Assembly: GCA_964516295.1 (NCBI GenBank) | Contig: CAZEYT010000004.1 | Location: 3,678-67,677, forward strand | DNA: 64,000 nt | From: an uncultured Chthoniobacterales bacterium | Lineage (GTDB): Bacteria; Verrucomicrobiota; Verrucomicrobiia; Chthoniobacterales; Terrimicrobiaceae | Reading direction: 5' to 3' | Shown here: positions 35,477-44,720 of the stretch, piece after piece | How the letters are laid out: each line of letters begins with the position of its first letter | Numbering within the stretch: position 1 is the first letter of the stretch | Program-made: the position numbers and the translations under genes | The notes under the pieces: generated by a model | The model's input: only the letters and a program-made list of their open reading frames with translations | What the model was told of the DNA's origin: nothing | Databases searched by the model: none

Positions 35477-36280
35477 ATGAAACGAAGCTTGTTCCCCGCA
35501 GTTTTGTTGATGTTGGTGTTTGGGAGATCGGCCGATGCCCTCGTGATCACGGAAAACTTCGACTACACCGCCGGACAGGCGCTGCCGGGTCAAAATGGCG
35601 GAACCAATTGGGGCGGAGCTTGGACGGGCAGTTCATCGGCCGTGATTCAGAGTCCGAGTCTGGATTTTCCCGGATCCTCCGAGACCGGCAACAAAGCCGT
35701 CCTCGGTTATGGCGGCGGCACCTACACGAATTTTCGAAACCTCAACACGACGATCAACGAAAGCGCGTTCTCCGCGGTGACCCTTTCGTTCCTGTTCAAC
35801 CTCACCGGTAACGACGCCGAGACCGGCATCCGGTTTTCGGGGCTCTCGCTTTTTAGCGGTGAATCGACCGAGCAGTTCTTCTTCGGCAAACCCGGCAACA
35901 CGACCGAAATCGGCTACGAAAAATACGCCGGCGGGCAAACCGTCGGCGGTGTCAACACGTCGTTCAGTTCCTCGACCGTCTTCCGCTTCGTGGCGAACAT
36001 CACGTTCAATGCCATCGGCGCGACGGATGTCATGACCCTGACCCTCACCAACAATTCCGGCACCGTGAATCAGACATGGACCGATTTGGATCTCGGCACA
36101 AATTTCACCTTCGACCGCGTTCGCCTCATTCGCGACTTCGCCCTGGACTCCGGCATCAATCCCGAGTTCGACGAAATCTCCATCAACGCCGTCCCCGAGC
36201 CGGCCTCGATCGCCCTCCTTCTGGGAGCCGCCGCCCTCTTCCTCATCCGCCGCCGTTCGGCCAAGGCCAGCCCCAGATAA
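35477..36280 (+). CDS. PEP-CTERM sorting-domain protein
   Basis: It has a signal peptide. The C-terminus is VPEPASIALLLGAAALFLIRRR, that is PEP, a TM helix and a basic tail. Confidence 0.8.
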   Translation: MKRSLFPAVLLMLVFGRSADALVITENFDYTAGQALPGQNGGTNWGGAWTGSSSAVIQSPSLDFPGSSETGNKAVLGYGGGTYTNFRNLNTTINESAFSAVTLSFLFNLTGNDAETGIRFSGLSLFSGESTEQFFFGKPGNTTEIGYEKYAGGQTVGGVNTSFSSSTVFRFVANITFNAIGATDVMTLTLTNNSGTVNQTWTDLDLGTNFTFDRVRLIRDFALDSGINPEFDEISINAVPEPASIALLLGAAALFLIRRRSAKASPR

Positions 36281-36430
36281 CGCCCGACGCGCCCGACGTT
36301 TGCCCGGGGCGCAAAGGCCGGTTTCCCCGCTGAGACGCAAAGACGCGGAGAGGGATTAAGGGAAAAATGATGTTGGATGTTGGAATTTCGACCCGGCCTC
36401 TGCATCCGTAAAAACCCTGCCCAAGAAATC

Positions 36431-36460
36431 TCTGAACACAGAGTCACAAAGATCACAGAG
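36431..36460 (+). repeat. short dispersed 'cacagag' intergenic repeat, copy 1
   Basis: tctgaacacagagTcacAAagATcacagag matches the reverse complement of 44821-44850 at 24 of 30 positions, including an identical 13-mer. Confidence 0.6.
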
Positions 36461-37112
36461 GCGGGTTTGGGGAAAACTCGGAATCCAACCCCGCCTCCCG
36501 GTTTTGCATCGAAGTTCACTTTTTTGATAACCGTGTTGGCATCGAACGGAACAATTGCGGCGGAGAGATGACATCATTCGCCAAGACGGTTGCTGAGTTC
36601 TCTGTGGAGATTGGTGCAGTCCATGATGAAATCGGGTGAGTCAACTTCAAGGATAAATGAGTCCACTTTGGGGAAAGGGGTGTGAGCTCCGGGCCGAATA
36701 CAGCTCGGTCCAACGCGAAGCGAGTCAGCCTCCCGCTCTGAAGTTCCCGCGAATCGGCGGTCCAGCAAGGCAGGAGCGGAAATGGATGTCTTCCGGGCGA
36801 CCCTCCGGGCTGGACCCACCGCCAAGAAGTGGTGGGAATACCAAGCCAATCGGATTATGTCCTGTCTCCTGGCCCCCGCCCATTGCTTGAAAAAGCCATT
36901 GAGACCACATCACTCGCCCATGTTCCCCCACGTCTCTGGACAAGAAGCGATCTTTTCGTGCTGGCCACCCATGTGAGCAACGTCTTCGACGTCAGCTTCG
37001 CGCTCGCGGAGCGCCGCATTCGCTGCTTCTACAACCTCCCCGCCGTACCCGTTCGCCACCTCGTCTGCCCAACCCCGGCCCGCATTTTCGCCTAAGAGCC
37101 TGTCTGAAAAAG

Positions 37113-37354
37113 GAGAGGTGTCGCGTTGGCGGGGATTTCTCGATTGGCCAAGGCGCGAGGGCAGCGTCAATCCCCGCAGCGGGCTTGGCCTGCCCGAGCA
37201 ACGCAGGCCAAGCGAGAAAGACGCCCAACCCCTGCGGGGCGAGAGAGGGAAAGGCCGTCTGGCGGCGTTGCCTGCTCGGTTACAGCCCGCAAGGGGATGC
37301 GCCCTCGCAGGCGCCTTGCCATCCAGCCTTTCCCTCCCTCGCGCGACACTTCTC
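37113..37354. other. ~240-nt element of nested inverted repeats (candidate structured RNA or MITE/REP-like element)
   Basis: A 13-bp closing stem (37113-37125 with 37342-37354, one G-T) encloses two substructures. The first is helices 37172-37179/37232-37239 (8 bp) and 37183-37192/37204-37213 (10 bp, perfect). The second is a 15-bp helix 37241-37255/37326-37340 (one mismatch). Confidence 0.45.
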
Positions 37355-37587
37355 ATTTTCCAGACAAGCTCTAAGACCGGTTTGCTCCGTCCGGACAGGC
37401 CCCGCCCGTCCGCCGCGCTATCCGGGTCCCGGATAACTCAACGCCTGCCCGGCATGTTGCAACAACGCCGATCCCCCACGCCACGGGTCTCCGCCAAATT
37501 TCGAATTCTCCATTCCGACTTCCCAATGGTATTTCTGGGGGTGGGACAGTATTTGACCGACCGGACCTGGCAGAACGTCCGCGAATC

Positions 37588-38205
37588 ATGAAACGACCCG
37601 TTCTTTTGACGCTGGCCGCCCTCGCCCTCACCGGCTGTGCCGCCTTCAACAAATTCGACATCCGCCGGGCCGACGTCCAGTCCCCGGCGGGCAAGCCCTC
37701 TGTCGCCGTCTGCGGTGTGGACGAACGCGCAGAACTGCGCTCCGGCGAGATCGTCCCCGAGTTGCTCGGAAAAACACGGGATGGCTACGGCATCCCATAT
37801 CAGGTCAAGACCGCCACCAAACGCCCGCTGGCTCTGGAGGTCGCAGAGATCGTCACGAACGGTTTCGGCACCGAGCGCCAGCTCGCTCCCGCGACCTCCG
37901 CGCCCTCTCTCGAAGCGGCCCTCAAAACGATGGCCGGAACCGGCACCGACCGCCGGGTAGTCATCCTCATCCGCGAATGGTGGAGCGACACCCTCATCCG
38001 CACCTCCGTCTGGAAAAACATCCGGATCGAAGTCTACGACTCCAAGAACAAACTCCTCGCCAGCGCCGAGGAATCCGGCGAAGTCACCCTCGGCGGCAAC
38101 TTCTTCCTCCGCGCCCTCCACGCCCGCCAGGTTGTCCTCCGCGAACTCGGCTCAACCCTCACCGGGCTGATGAACCAACCGCAGGTCGCGACGGCGCTCA
38201 GGTAA
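37588..38205 (+). CDS. hypothetical lipoprotein
   Basis: The signal peptide and lipobox are MKRPVLLTLAALALTGC. I recognise no family. Confidence 0.65.
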   Translation: MKRPVLLTLAALALTGCAAFNKFDIRRADVQSPAGKPSVAVCGVDERAELRSGEIVPELLGKTRDGYGIPYQVKTATKRPLALEVAEIVTNGFGTERQLAPATSAPSLEAALKTMAGTGTDRRVVILIREWWSDTLIRTSVWKNIRIEVYDSKNKLLASAEESGEVTLGGNFFLRALHARQVVLRELGSTLTGLMNQPQVATALR

Positions 38206-38523
38206 TTTCCGCTGCCTCCGGTTGTACTGAGACAGCTTACGCTCGGGCAGAATGAATCAAGGCACAATTGGCGAATCCGCCGGCGCAATGAGCGTAACCA
38301 GCCGTGGTGTCGATTCCCTCGGAGCAGTTGGCCGACGAAACTCATCACCGGGATGAAAAGAGTAACGAGAACGGGCCAGCATACTCGGCTGCGCACGTTT
38401 TTCTTTGCCGCCCGGCCAGAAACTGCCGTAGGTGTGCGGGTGGTAAGATTAGCGACTGGATAACAACGGACTCGGCAGTCCCATGTTTGCCCAGGAGCAA
38501 TCACTCCTCATAAACAATCCAGA

Positions 38524-40506
38524 ATGCATCCTGTGACCGGGTCAGCATACTACTCTTCCGCAGTAAACGACTTCATTACTGCGCCGCCCGCTTCAGTGCT
38601 AGGGTCGATGGCGTCAAATAGTCAGTTCACTCTGACACTCGAGCAACTGAATGCATGGGAAATTCAGATCGAATTACTGCAAGAAAGCCTGCCCACGGTA
38701 AGCGGATCCGTATTTCTCGAATTTGACGTTCCTCGGATCGGAAGCCGAATTGACGCTGTGCTTGTTACACCTGGAGTGGTTTGTCCGATCGAGTTTAAGG
38801 TGGGCGAATCGACTCATCATCGTTCAGCGTTCAACCAAGTGTGGGACTACGCGCTCGATCTCAAGAATTTCCATAAACGGAGCCACTCTGTTCCGATTGT
38901 TCCGGTATTGGTTGCTACCGAGTCTCCCGTGTCGGATTATCTGTTGACAGTACCCCACTCTGACCGCGTTCATCCACCGGTTCAGACGAATAGATGCTCA
39001 TTTCGTAAGATCTTGAACCTCGTATGTGATGAGTATCACGAAGCGGTGATTGATGTAGTTAACTGGGGATTTGCTCCCTATCAGCCAACGCCTACCATCA
39101 TCGAAGCCGCACAGAGTCTTTATTCGCGCCACTCGGTTGAGGCAATTGCAAGACACGACGCTGGTGCTCGCAATCTCAGCATCACGTCAGCGCGTGTTGA
39201 GCAGTTGATTGAGTGCGCAGCTTTGGAGAAGCGAAAGTCGATCATTTTTGTGACCGGCGTTCCTGGAGCAGGAAAAACATTAGTCGGTTTGAACGTCGCT
39301 ACTCGAAAACGCGAGTCGAGGTCAACCCACGCAGTTTTCTTGTCGGGAAATGGCCCACTCGTTGAGGTCTTGCGGGAAGCACTCACCCGAGACGAAGTTG
39401 AACGTTTGTCTGCGGTAGCCGGCAGCCCTCGGAAGGGCGCCGTTAGGCAGAAGGTGAAGGCCTTTATCCAGAACGTGCACCACTTTAGAGATGCAGGTCT
39501 TCGTAATTTAGATAATCCACCTCCGGACCATGTCGTTATCTTTGATGAAGCTCAACGCGCATGGGACCAAAAGATGACGGCAAGCTTCATGTCACGAAAG
39601 AAAAACCGTCCTGGGTTCGCGCAATCTGAACCGGAGTTTCTCATCTCTTACATGGACCGCCATCCAGACTGGGCGGTAATCGTGTGTCTTGTGGGAGGAG
39701 GTCAGGAAATTAACCGGGGCGAGGCGGGCATCTCAGCTTGGTTCGATGCAGTTCGTTGCCAATTTCCCGAGTGGTATGTGTATGTCTCACCGGATTTGAC
39801 CGACTCTGAATATGCCGCTGGCGGGGCACTCGAACGAGTACAGGGGGCAGCGCACGTCGAAATGGACGCTGCCCTTCACCTTTCGGTTTCAATGCGGTCA
39901 TTCCGCGCCGAGAATGTATCGAAGTTTGTCAAAGCCGTTCTCGATTGCGAGCAGGCTGAAGCGGCCCGGACTCTAGCGCAGCTGGAGGGTCGGTATCCAA
40001 TCGTTGTAACGCGGGACCTATCCGCTGCCAAGGAGTGGATACGGTCACAGGCAAGGGGGTCCGAGCGTTACGGGATGGTTGCCTCGTCCTCAGCTCAGCG
40101 GTTGAAGCCGCATGCGATTGACGTTCGGGTGGAGGTAAATCCGATCCACTGGTTCCTGAATGATTCGAGCGACATCCGTTCGAGTTTCTACATGGAAGAT
40201 GCTGCGACGGAGTTCCAAGTCCAGGGGCTCGAACTCGACTGGGCTTGCGTAACCTGGGATGCGGATCTGCGTTACGCGGGTAGTTGTTGGCATTGTCACA
40301 ACTTTCGAGGAAGTAGTTGGCAGAATGTCCATAAGCCTGATGCCCGAAAATATTTACTTAACGCTTACCGCGTGTTATTAACACGTGCCCGTCAAGGCAT
40401 GGTGGTTTTTGTTCCATCTGGTGACGTGCGGGACCCTACTCGGTCGCCAAATTACTATGACAAAACATACGACTACCTTCGTGAAGTCGGGATTCGATCT
40501 ATCTAG
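38524..40506 (+). CDS. DUF2075-family P-loop ATPase/helicase-like protein with an N-terminal PD-(D/E)xK-like nuclease motif
   Basis: Walker A is VTGVPGAGKT and Walker B-like is VVIFDEAQRAWD. The N-terminal RIDAVLV...PIEFKVGE resembles a D...ExK nuclease core. GC content is visibly lower than in the flanks. Confidence 0.8.
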   Translation: MHPVTGSAYYSSAVNDFITAPPASVLGSMASNSQFTLTLEQLNAWEIQIELLQESLPTVSGSVFLEFDVPRIGSRIDAVLVTPGVVCPIEFKVGESTHHRSAFNQVWDYALDLKNFHKRSHSVPIVPVLVATESPVSDYLLTVPHSDRVHPPVQTNRCSFRKILNLVCDEYHEAVIDVVNWGFAPYQPTPTIIEAAQSLYSRHSVEAIARHDAGARNLSITSARVEQLIECAALEKRKSIIFVTGVPGAGKTLVGLNVATRKRESRSTHAVFLSGNGPLVEVLREALTRDEVERLSAVAGSPRKGAVRQKVKAFIQNVHHFRDAGLRNLDNPPPDHVVIFDEAQRAWDQKMTASFMSRKKNRPGFAQSEPEFLISYMDRHPDWAVIVCLVGGGQEINRGEAGISAWFDAVRCQFPEWYVYVSPDLTDSEYAAGGALERVQGAAHVEMDAALHLSVSMRSFRAENVSKFVKAVLDCEQAEAARTLAQLEGRYPIVVTRDLSAAKEWIRSQARGSERYGMVASSSAQRLKPHAIDVRVEVNPIHWFLNDSSDIRSSFYMEDAATEFQVQGLELDWACVTWDADLRYAGSCWHCHNFRGSSWQNVHKPDARKYLLNAYRVLLTRARQGMVVFVPSGDVRDPTRSPNYYDKTYDYLREVGIRSI

Positions 40507-40558
40507 CTGGGTCCTATACGTTTTACTACTTTTTACGCCACGAGAGCACTCCGATTCG

Positions 40559-40969
40559 ATGGGAAGGCTTTGCACACGGACGCCGAATATCGGCGCGGAC
40601 GTGAGCGCACGAACCGCATTTTATCAAGAGAGGTTTGATTGGCTGATGTCTCCCTTTCTCGACGTTCCGGAGAGTGACTGGATTGATGCGGATGCTTCGG
40701 GTTTTGCGTTCTTCGACCGCTTCCCGGTTTCACCCGGCCATGTGCTGGTCGTGAGCAGGAGGATTGTGCCGGATTGGTTTCATGCCTCGCCCGAGGAACA
40801 ATCGGCGTTGATGCAGATGGTGGGGCGCGTGAGGGAGCGTCTTAATGCGACGCTGCGACCGAGGCCAGACGGCTACAATGTGGGCTTCAACTGTGGCGCA
40901 GCTGCCGGGCAGACAGTGACGCATTTTCACATCCATGTGATTCCGGAGCAAGGCATTTATCTGGGCTGA
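40559..40969 (+). CDS. HIT-family (histidine triad) nucleotide hydrolase/transferase
   Basis: The motifs are FDRFPVSPGHVLVVSRR and the triad THFHIHVIP. The protein ends only 8 aa after the triad. The stop overlaps the ATG of the next gene by one base (TGATG). Confidence 0.75.
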   Translation: MGRLCTRTPNIGADVSARTAFYQERFDWLMSPFLDVPESDWIDADASGFAFFDRFPVSPGHVLVVSRRIVPDWFHASPEEQSALMQMVGRVRERLNATLRPRPDGYNVGFNCGAAAGQTVTHFHIHVIPEQGIYLG

Positions 40970-41901
40970 TGAGCTACCGTGTTCCGGGACTTTCGGAGAT
41001 CCTGAGCCGATTTGATGATTTGAGGCAGGCCCCGACCGGGGACGGAAAGCGGATGCCGCACAAGCCGCTCTTGATTTTGCTGATGCTCGGCCGGGCGCAG
41101 AGGGGGCATTTGGAGCCGGTACCGTTTCCGCTGCTGCGTGAAGAGTTGCAGGATCTGCTCGCGCGTTTCGGACCGCCGACGCCTCCGAATGCGCTCGATC
41201 CTTTCTGGCGTTTGCAGAACGACGCGGGCAAAGTCTGGGTGGTGCGCGATCTGCGTGGTGGCCGTGTGGCGGATTCGGTTTCCCCGCCGGGCATCCGGCA
41301 ATTGGAGGATGCCGGGGCGACGGGGGCGTTCGCTCCGGACCTCTGCGAGGCGTTCCGACTGCATCCGGAATACATCCCGGTTCTTGGAGCAAAGATTCTC
41401 GGCGCGAATTTCCCGGAGAGTCTTCACGAAGATATCATGGCAGCTGTCGGGCTCGATCTGGGACGGGAGGAAATCTCGGAAGCGGAAACCGGCGCGCCGT
41501 CGCGCGATTCCGGTTTCCGGTCGCGGGTTCTCACCGCGTATGAGCACCGCTGCGCGATCACGGGCTGGGACCTTCGGATCGGAAATGTCACGGCGGGCAT
41601 CGAGGCCGCCCACATTCGCTGGCATGTGGCGGGCGGCCCCTCGGAGGAGAGGAACGGATTGGCGCTTAATGCGCTTCATCACAAACTCTTCGACCTCGGA
41701 GTTTTCACGTTAAGCCACGACGATGAGATCCCGCATGTGCTGGTTTCCAGAAGCGCTTATGGAGGCGAGGCCGTCGTTGAGTTGCTGATGAAGTTTCATC
41801 GAAAGCCGATTCGGGCACCACAGGATCCGGCTTGGCTGCCCGACCGCGAGTTCATCCGATGGCACCATAGGGAAGTCTTTAAAGGCGAGCCGAGGGTGTG
41901 A
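40969..41901 (+). CDS. ScoMcrA-like HNH restriction endonuclease (putative phosphorothioate-DNA-sensing type IV enzyme)
   Basis: The N-terminus (LRQAPTGDGKRMPHKPLLILLMLGRAQRG...DPFWRLQNDAGKVWVV) resembles the sulfur-binding-domain family. The C-terminal HNH_2 pattern is YEHRCAITGW...IEAAHIRW...NGLALNALHHKLFD. Confidence 0.7.
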   Translation: MSYRVPGLSEILSRFDDLRQAPTGDGKRMPHKPLLILLMLGRAQRGHLEPVPFPLLREELQDLLARFGPPTPPNALDPFWRLQNDAGKVWVVRDLRGGRVADSVSPPGIRQLEDAGATGAFAPDLCEAFRLHPEYIPVLGAKILGANFPESLHEDIMAAVGLDLGREEISEAETGAPSRDSGFRSRVLTAYEHRCAITGWDLRIGNVTAGIEAAHIRWHVAGGPSEERNGLALNALHHKLFDLGVFTLSHDDEIPHVLVSRSAYGGEAVVELLMKFHRKPIRAPQDPAWLPDREFIRWHHREVFKGEPRV

Positions 41902-42037
41902 GACGGAGTGCTACCGCCGGTATGGAACGCCCAAGAAGACTCAGGAGATTGTCCCGGGATGTCCAACGAATGCTTACGATTACCACGGATTTCGGATTCG
42001 AACTGCTTATCTCGGCTTCAATGGCCCGTCCATTCGC

Positions 42038-42370
42038 TTGATCTTCGTGAGACGTCCGGGGCCGTTTTTGAAGGACGATGAAGTCGCGGCGATTCTTCAG
42101 GCGAGCTTCCTTACCGATGAGAACCTCCAGCGCATCGTCCGCGCCTGGCGGGACTTAAAAGACGAGCCAGGCTTCACCCGCGTCGTGCCCATGGAGGAAA
42201 TCCGGGCAAAAGAGGGGAATCTGAGTATCCCCCTGTTTTTCGGTGGGGAAACGCAGGCGCAAACGGACTCGGCGACCAAATCGGCGATCACGGCGCTGCC
42301 GGATGCGCTTACAGAGTGGCTTCAGAGCAGTCAACAAGTCAGAAAATCCCTCGCGGCCTTGGGAATATGA
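42038..42370 (+). pseudogene. C-terminal fragment of a type I R-M methyltransferase (hsdM tail)
   Basis: FLTDENLQRIVRAWRDLKDEPGFTRVVPMEEIRAKEGNLSIPLF is the characteristic HsdM C-terminal segment (...ynLnipRY). No methyltransferase core lies upstream. Confidence 0.6.
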
Positions 42371-42454
42371 ATTGCTTTACCCAAAACCTCCATTCTTATC
42401 TTCCAGTGAAAATAATGGTTTCAGTGTAAATTTGGTCGCATTTTCACTGAAATA

Positions 42455-43531
42455 ATGCATTTTCACCAAATAATGAAGACGCTTGATTCCAGTAAAGGCG
42501 CAACTATCCGCCACGAAAGCGAGCTGGCCCTCCATTTCCGGGAGTTCCTGCCCGAGGACCCTGATTTGCGCTGGCACCTGCCGCCCGGCGGAGACTGGCA
42601 GCGCCTCGACCATGTCGAATTGGAACTGGACAACCAAAGGTTTGCCTTTCGTCCAGTCTATGAACTCAAGCCCAGCCTGCCGTGGCTGGAAAACCTCAGC
42701 GGATCTCCCTCCTCTTTGCGCCCTCTAATTGTCGCTCCCGAGTTGTCCTCGCGTATCGTGGCGGTGTGCAAGGAACATGGCATTGCTGCTATCGACCTCA
42801 ATGGTTGCTGTTGGCTTCGCGCTCCCGGTCTGCTGGTGGACCGCCGTCCGCTGCCGGGCCGCTCATTCAGCTACGAGCTGGAGCCGCGAAACATCTTCGT
42901 CGGCAAAAGCGCCCGCATCGTCCGTTGCCTGCTCACGGATCGCGAGCGCAAATGGACACAGGGGGAGATCGTTCCACGAACGCAGGCCAGCTCTGGCCTC
43001 GTCTCGCGCATCGTCCAGCACCTCATCAGCCAGGGATTCGCGGAAAAGACCAGTGCCCGTGAGTTCCGTCTGCGCGACTGGCACGGATTGCTCGATGAGT
43101 GGGTGGAGTCGGACCGTTTCGCTAAACGCACCCGCACCACGGTTTACGCCGGCTTCTTTGGCCCGCCGCAGGAGATTGCGCAACGCCTCCAGCAATGGGC
43201 TGCCGCAGAAAAGGTTTCGCTTGCCTTCACGCAATGGACTGCTGCTTGGGCGCGGCATCCCTACGCAGAGCCCGCTGTCTGCTCCGCTTATGTCGAACGC
43301 CTTCTTGACGCAGCCACACTGGAGCAGCTTGAACTCCGCCCGGTCACCGAAGGTGGGAAGCTCTGGCTCCATGTGCCGGATGACGAGGGCATCCTGACCG
43401 AGACGCAGACGCGCAGTGGCCTTACCCTCGTCACTGACGCCCAAATCTACCTCGACCTCAAACGCACCGGACTCCGCGGACCGGAGGCCGCCGCAGCACT
43501 CCGGGAATGGGAAGGTTTCTGTCGCCCATGA
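42455..43531 (+). CDS. hypothetical wHTH protein, AbiEi-like putative partner of the downstream nucleotidyltransferase
   Basis: The central winged-helix-like segment is KWTQGEIVPRTQASSGLVSRIVQHLISQGFAE. The stop overlaps the downstream ATG (ATGA). The family assignment rests on context and pattern only. Confidence 0.5.
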   Translation: MHFHQIMKTLDSSKGATIRHESELALHFREFLPEDPDLRWHLPPGGDWQRLDHVELELDNQRFAFRPVYELKPSLPWLENLSGSPSSLRPLIVAPELSSRIVAVCKEHGIAAIDLNGCCWLRAPGLLVDRRPLPGRSFSYELEPRNIFVGKSARIVRCLLTDRERKWTQGEIVPRTQASSGLVSRIVQHLISQGFAEKTSAREFRLRDWHGLLDEWVESDRFAKRTRTTVYAGFFGPPQEIAQRLQQWAAAEKVSLAFTQWTAAWARHPYAEPAVCSAYVERLLDAATLEQLELRPVTEGGKLWLHVPDDEGILTETQTRSGLTLVTDAQIYLDLKRTGLRGPEAAAALREWEGFCRP

Positions 43532-44377
43532 AATACGAGACCTACAGTGAATACGATCCGCATCACACCGCCCTCGCTGAGAGCGCTTTTCTAACGCTAT
43601 GGTCCACACACTCGGCTCATGGCATGACGATCTCGTGCTCGTGGGTGGCCTCGTCCCCAAATACCTTTGTGGCGACCTGACCCAAAACCGCAGCCTGCCG
43701 CGCCCGGCCACGCTTGATGTCGATCTCGGCATCGCTCTTGCCGCGGACTCCGGGCAATACGGAAGCCTTTTTTGGGAACTGGCGGGCCAGGGCTTCAAGA
43801 AAAGTGAAAAACACCCGGCACGGCTGGAAAAGACCATCGGGGATTTTCCCATCTACGTGGACTTCCTCGTCGAGCACCCACCGCGCACCAGTGGTTCGGC
43901 GCAGGTAGAGGACATAACAGCCAGCATCATGCCCGGCGTGGACCGCGCACTGGCCACGGCCCGATCCATCAAAGTAACGGGAGTGGACCTCCACGGAGCG
44001 GATCAAAAGCTCGTGGCCCGCGTCTGCGAAGTCGGCCCCTTCCTCGGCTCAAGCTCCGCGCCTTCTGCGACCGTCAGCAGCCCAAGGACGCCTTCGACAT
44101 CCTCTACACCCTGCGTCACTACGACGGCGGGAGCGCCGCTGCCTTTGCCGCCTTTGCCGGGGAAGTCCGTGTGGGCAATCCCGCCCGCACCGATGCCGTG
44201 CGCACGCTGAAGGAGCACTTCCAAACGGAAACCTCACCCGCTCCGGTGAAGGCGAGTCACTTCGTTTTCGGTCAAGCGGCCCCCGGCGAGTCGGATGACA
44301 TGCGGTTCCTTCGCACCACGCTTCGTCAGGACATGGTGGCCGCCGCCGCCCAACTGCTCAAAGCCGCCACCACATGA
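43528..44377 (+). pseudogene. AbiEii-like/MNT-fold nucleotidyltransferase gene broken by two frameshifts
   Basis: The reading passes through three frames. Frame 1 is MKYETYSEYDPHHTALAESAFLTLWS. Frame 3 from ~43600 is WHDDLVLVGGLVPKYL...RPATLDVDLGIAL, the nucleotidyltransferase G[GS]...DxD motif. Frame 2 from ~44045 is LKLRAFCDRQQPKDAFDILYTLRHYDGG... Confidence 0.6.
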
Positions 44378-44720
44378 CCGCCACTCTCCCATCACTCGCC
44401 AAACTGAAGCCCAACCCAGACTGGGCCTCGCTCCCGCTTTTCGACCGCACGGGGTGGAAGCGTGTGCGGTTTGGGGATGTGGTGGAGAACTGCGCGGAGA
44501 CCTGCAATCCGGAGGAGGCGGGGTTGGAACAGTTTGTGGCGATGGAGCATATCTTTTCCACAGTTCTGGACACGGCAACTGGAACAGAGACCTCAAAAAA
44601 GCAGGCCCTTCCACACGGTCGAAGTCATCGGTCTGTGCAAAATGCGGAATCGCGCTTTCAACGAAGGAGATCAACTATTGCCGCTTCAATTTCGCCAGAA
44701 TGGGCCGTCGCTATCTTTGT
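44374..44720 (+). pseudogene. N-terminal fragment of a type I R-M specificity subunit (hsdS head), itself frame-broken
   Basis: WKRVRFGDVVENCAETCNPEEAGLEQFVAMEHI fits the start of an HsdS TRD. An FNEGDQLLPL-type motif follows in a different frame. No second TRD or conserved helices are present. Confidence 0.45.

Noticed and set aside
36516-37436. ORFs inside the 1.3-kb gap (36574-36849, 36829-37095, 36910-37356, 37118-37591 and others), considered as genes or transposase relics.
   Set aside because: No family motifs are present. The frames overlap one another and the translations are Arg/Pro/Gly-rich. I could not support any as coding.
37495-37507. The 13-mer caaatttcgaatt, shared between 37495-37507 and 44785-44797. 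A local direct repeat gaatttcgcatt also occurs at 44772-44783 and 44793-44804. Both were considered as a shared operator, for example for katG.
   Set aside because: Dozens of shared 13-mers are expected by chance in a 64-kb window. The sequence does not match the Fur, PerR or OxyR consensus sites I know. It is kept only as a note.
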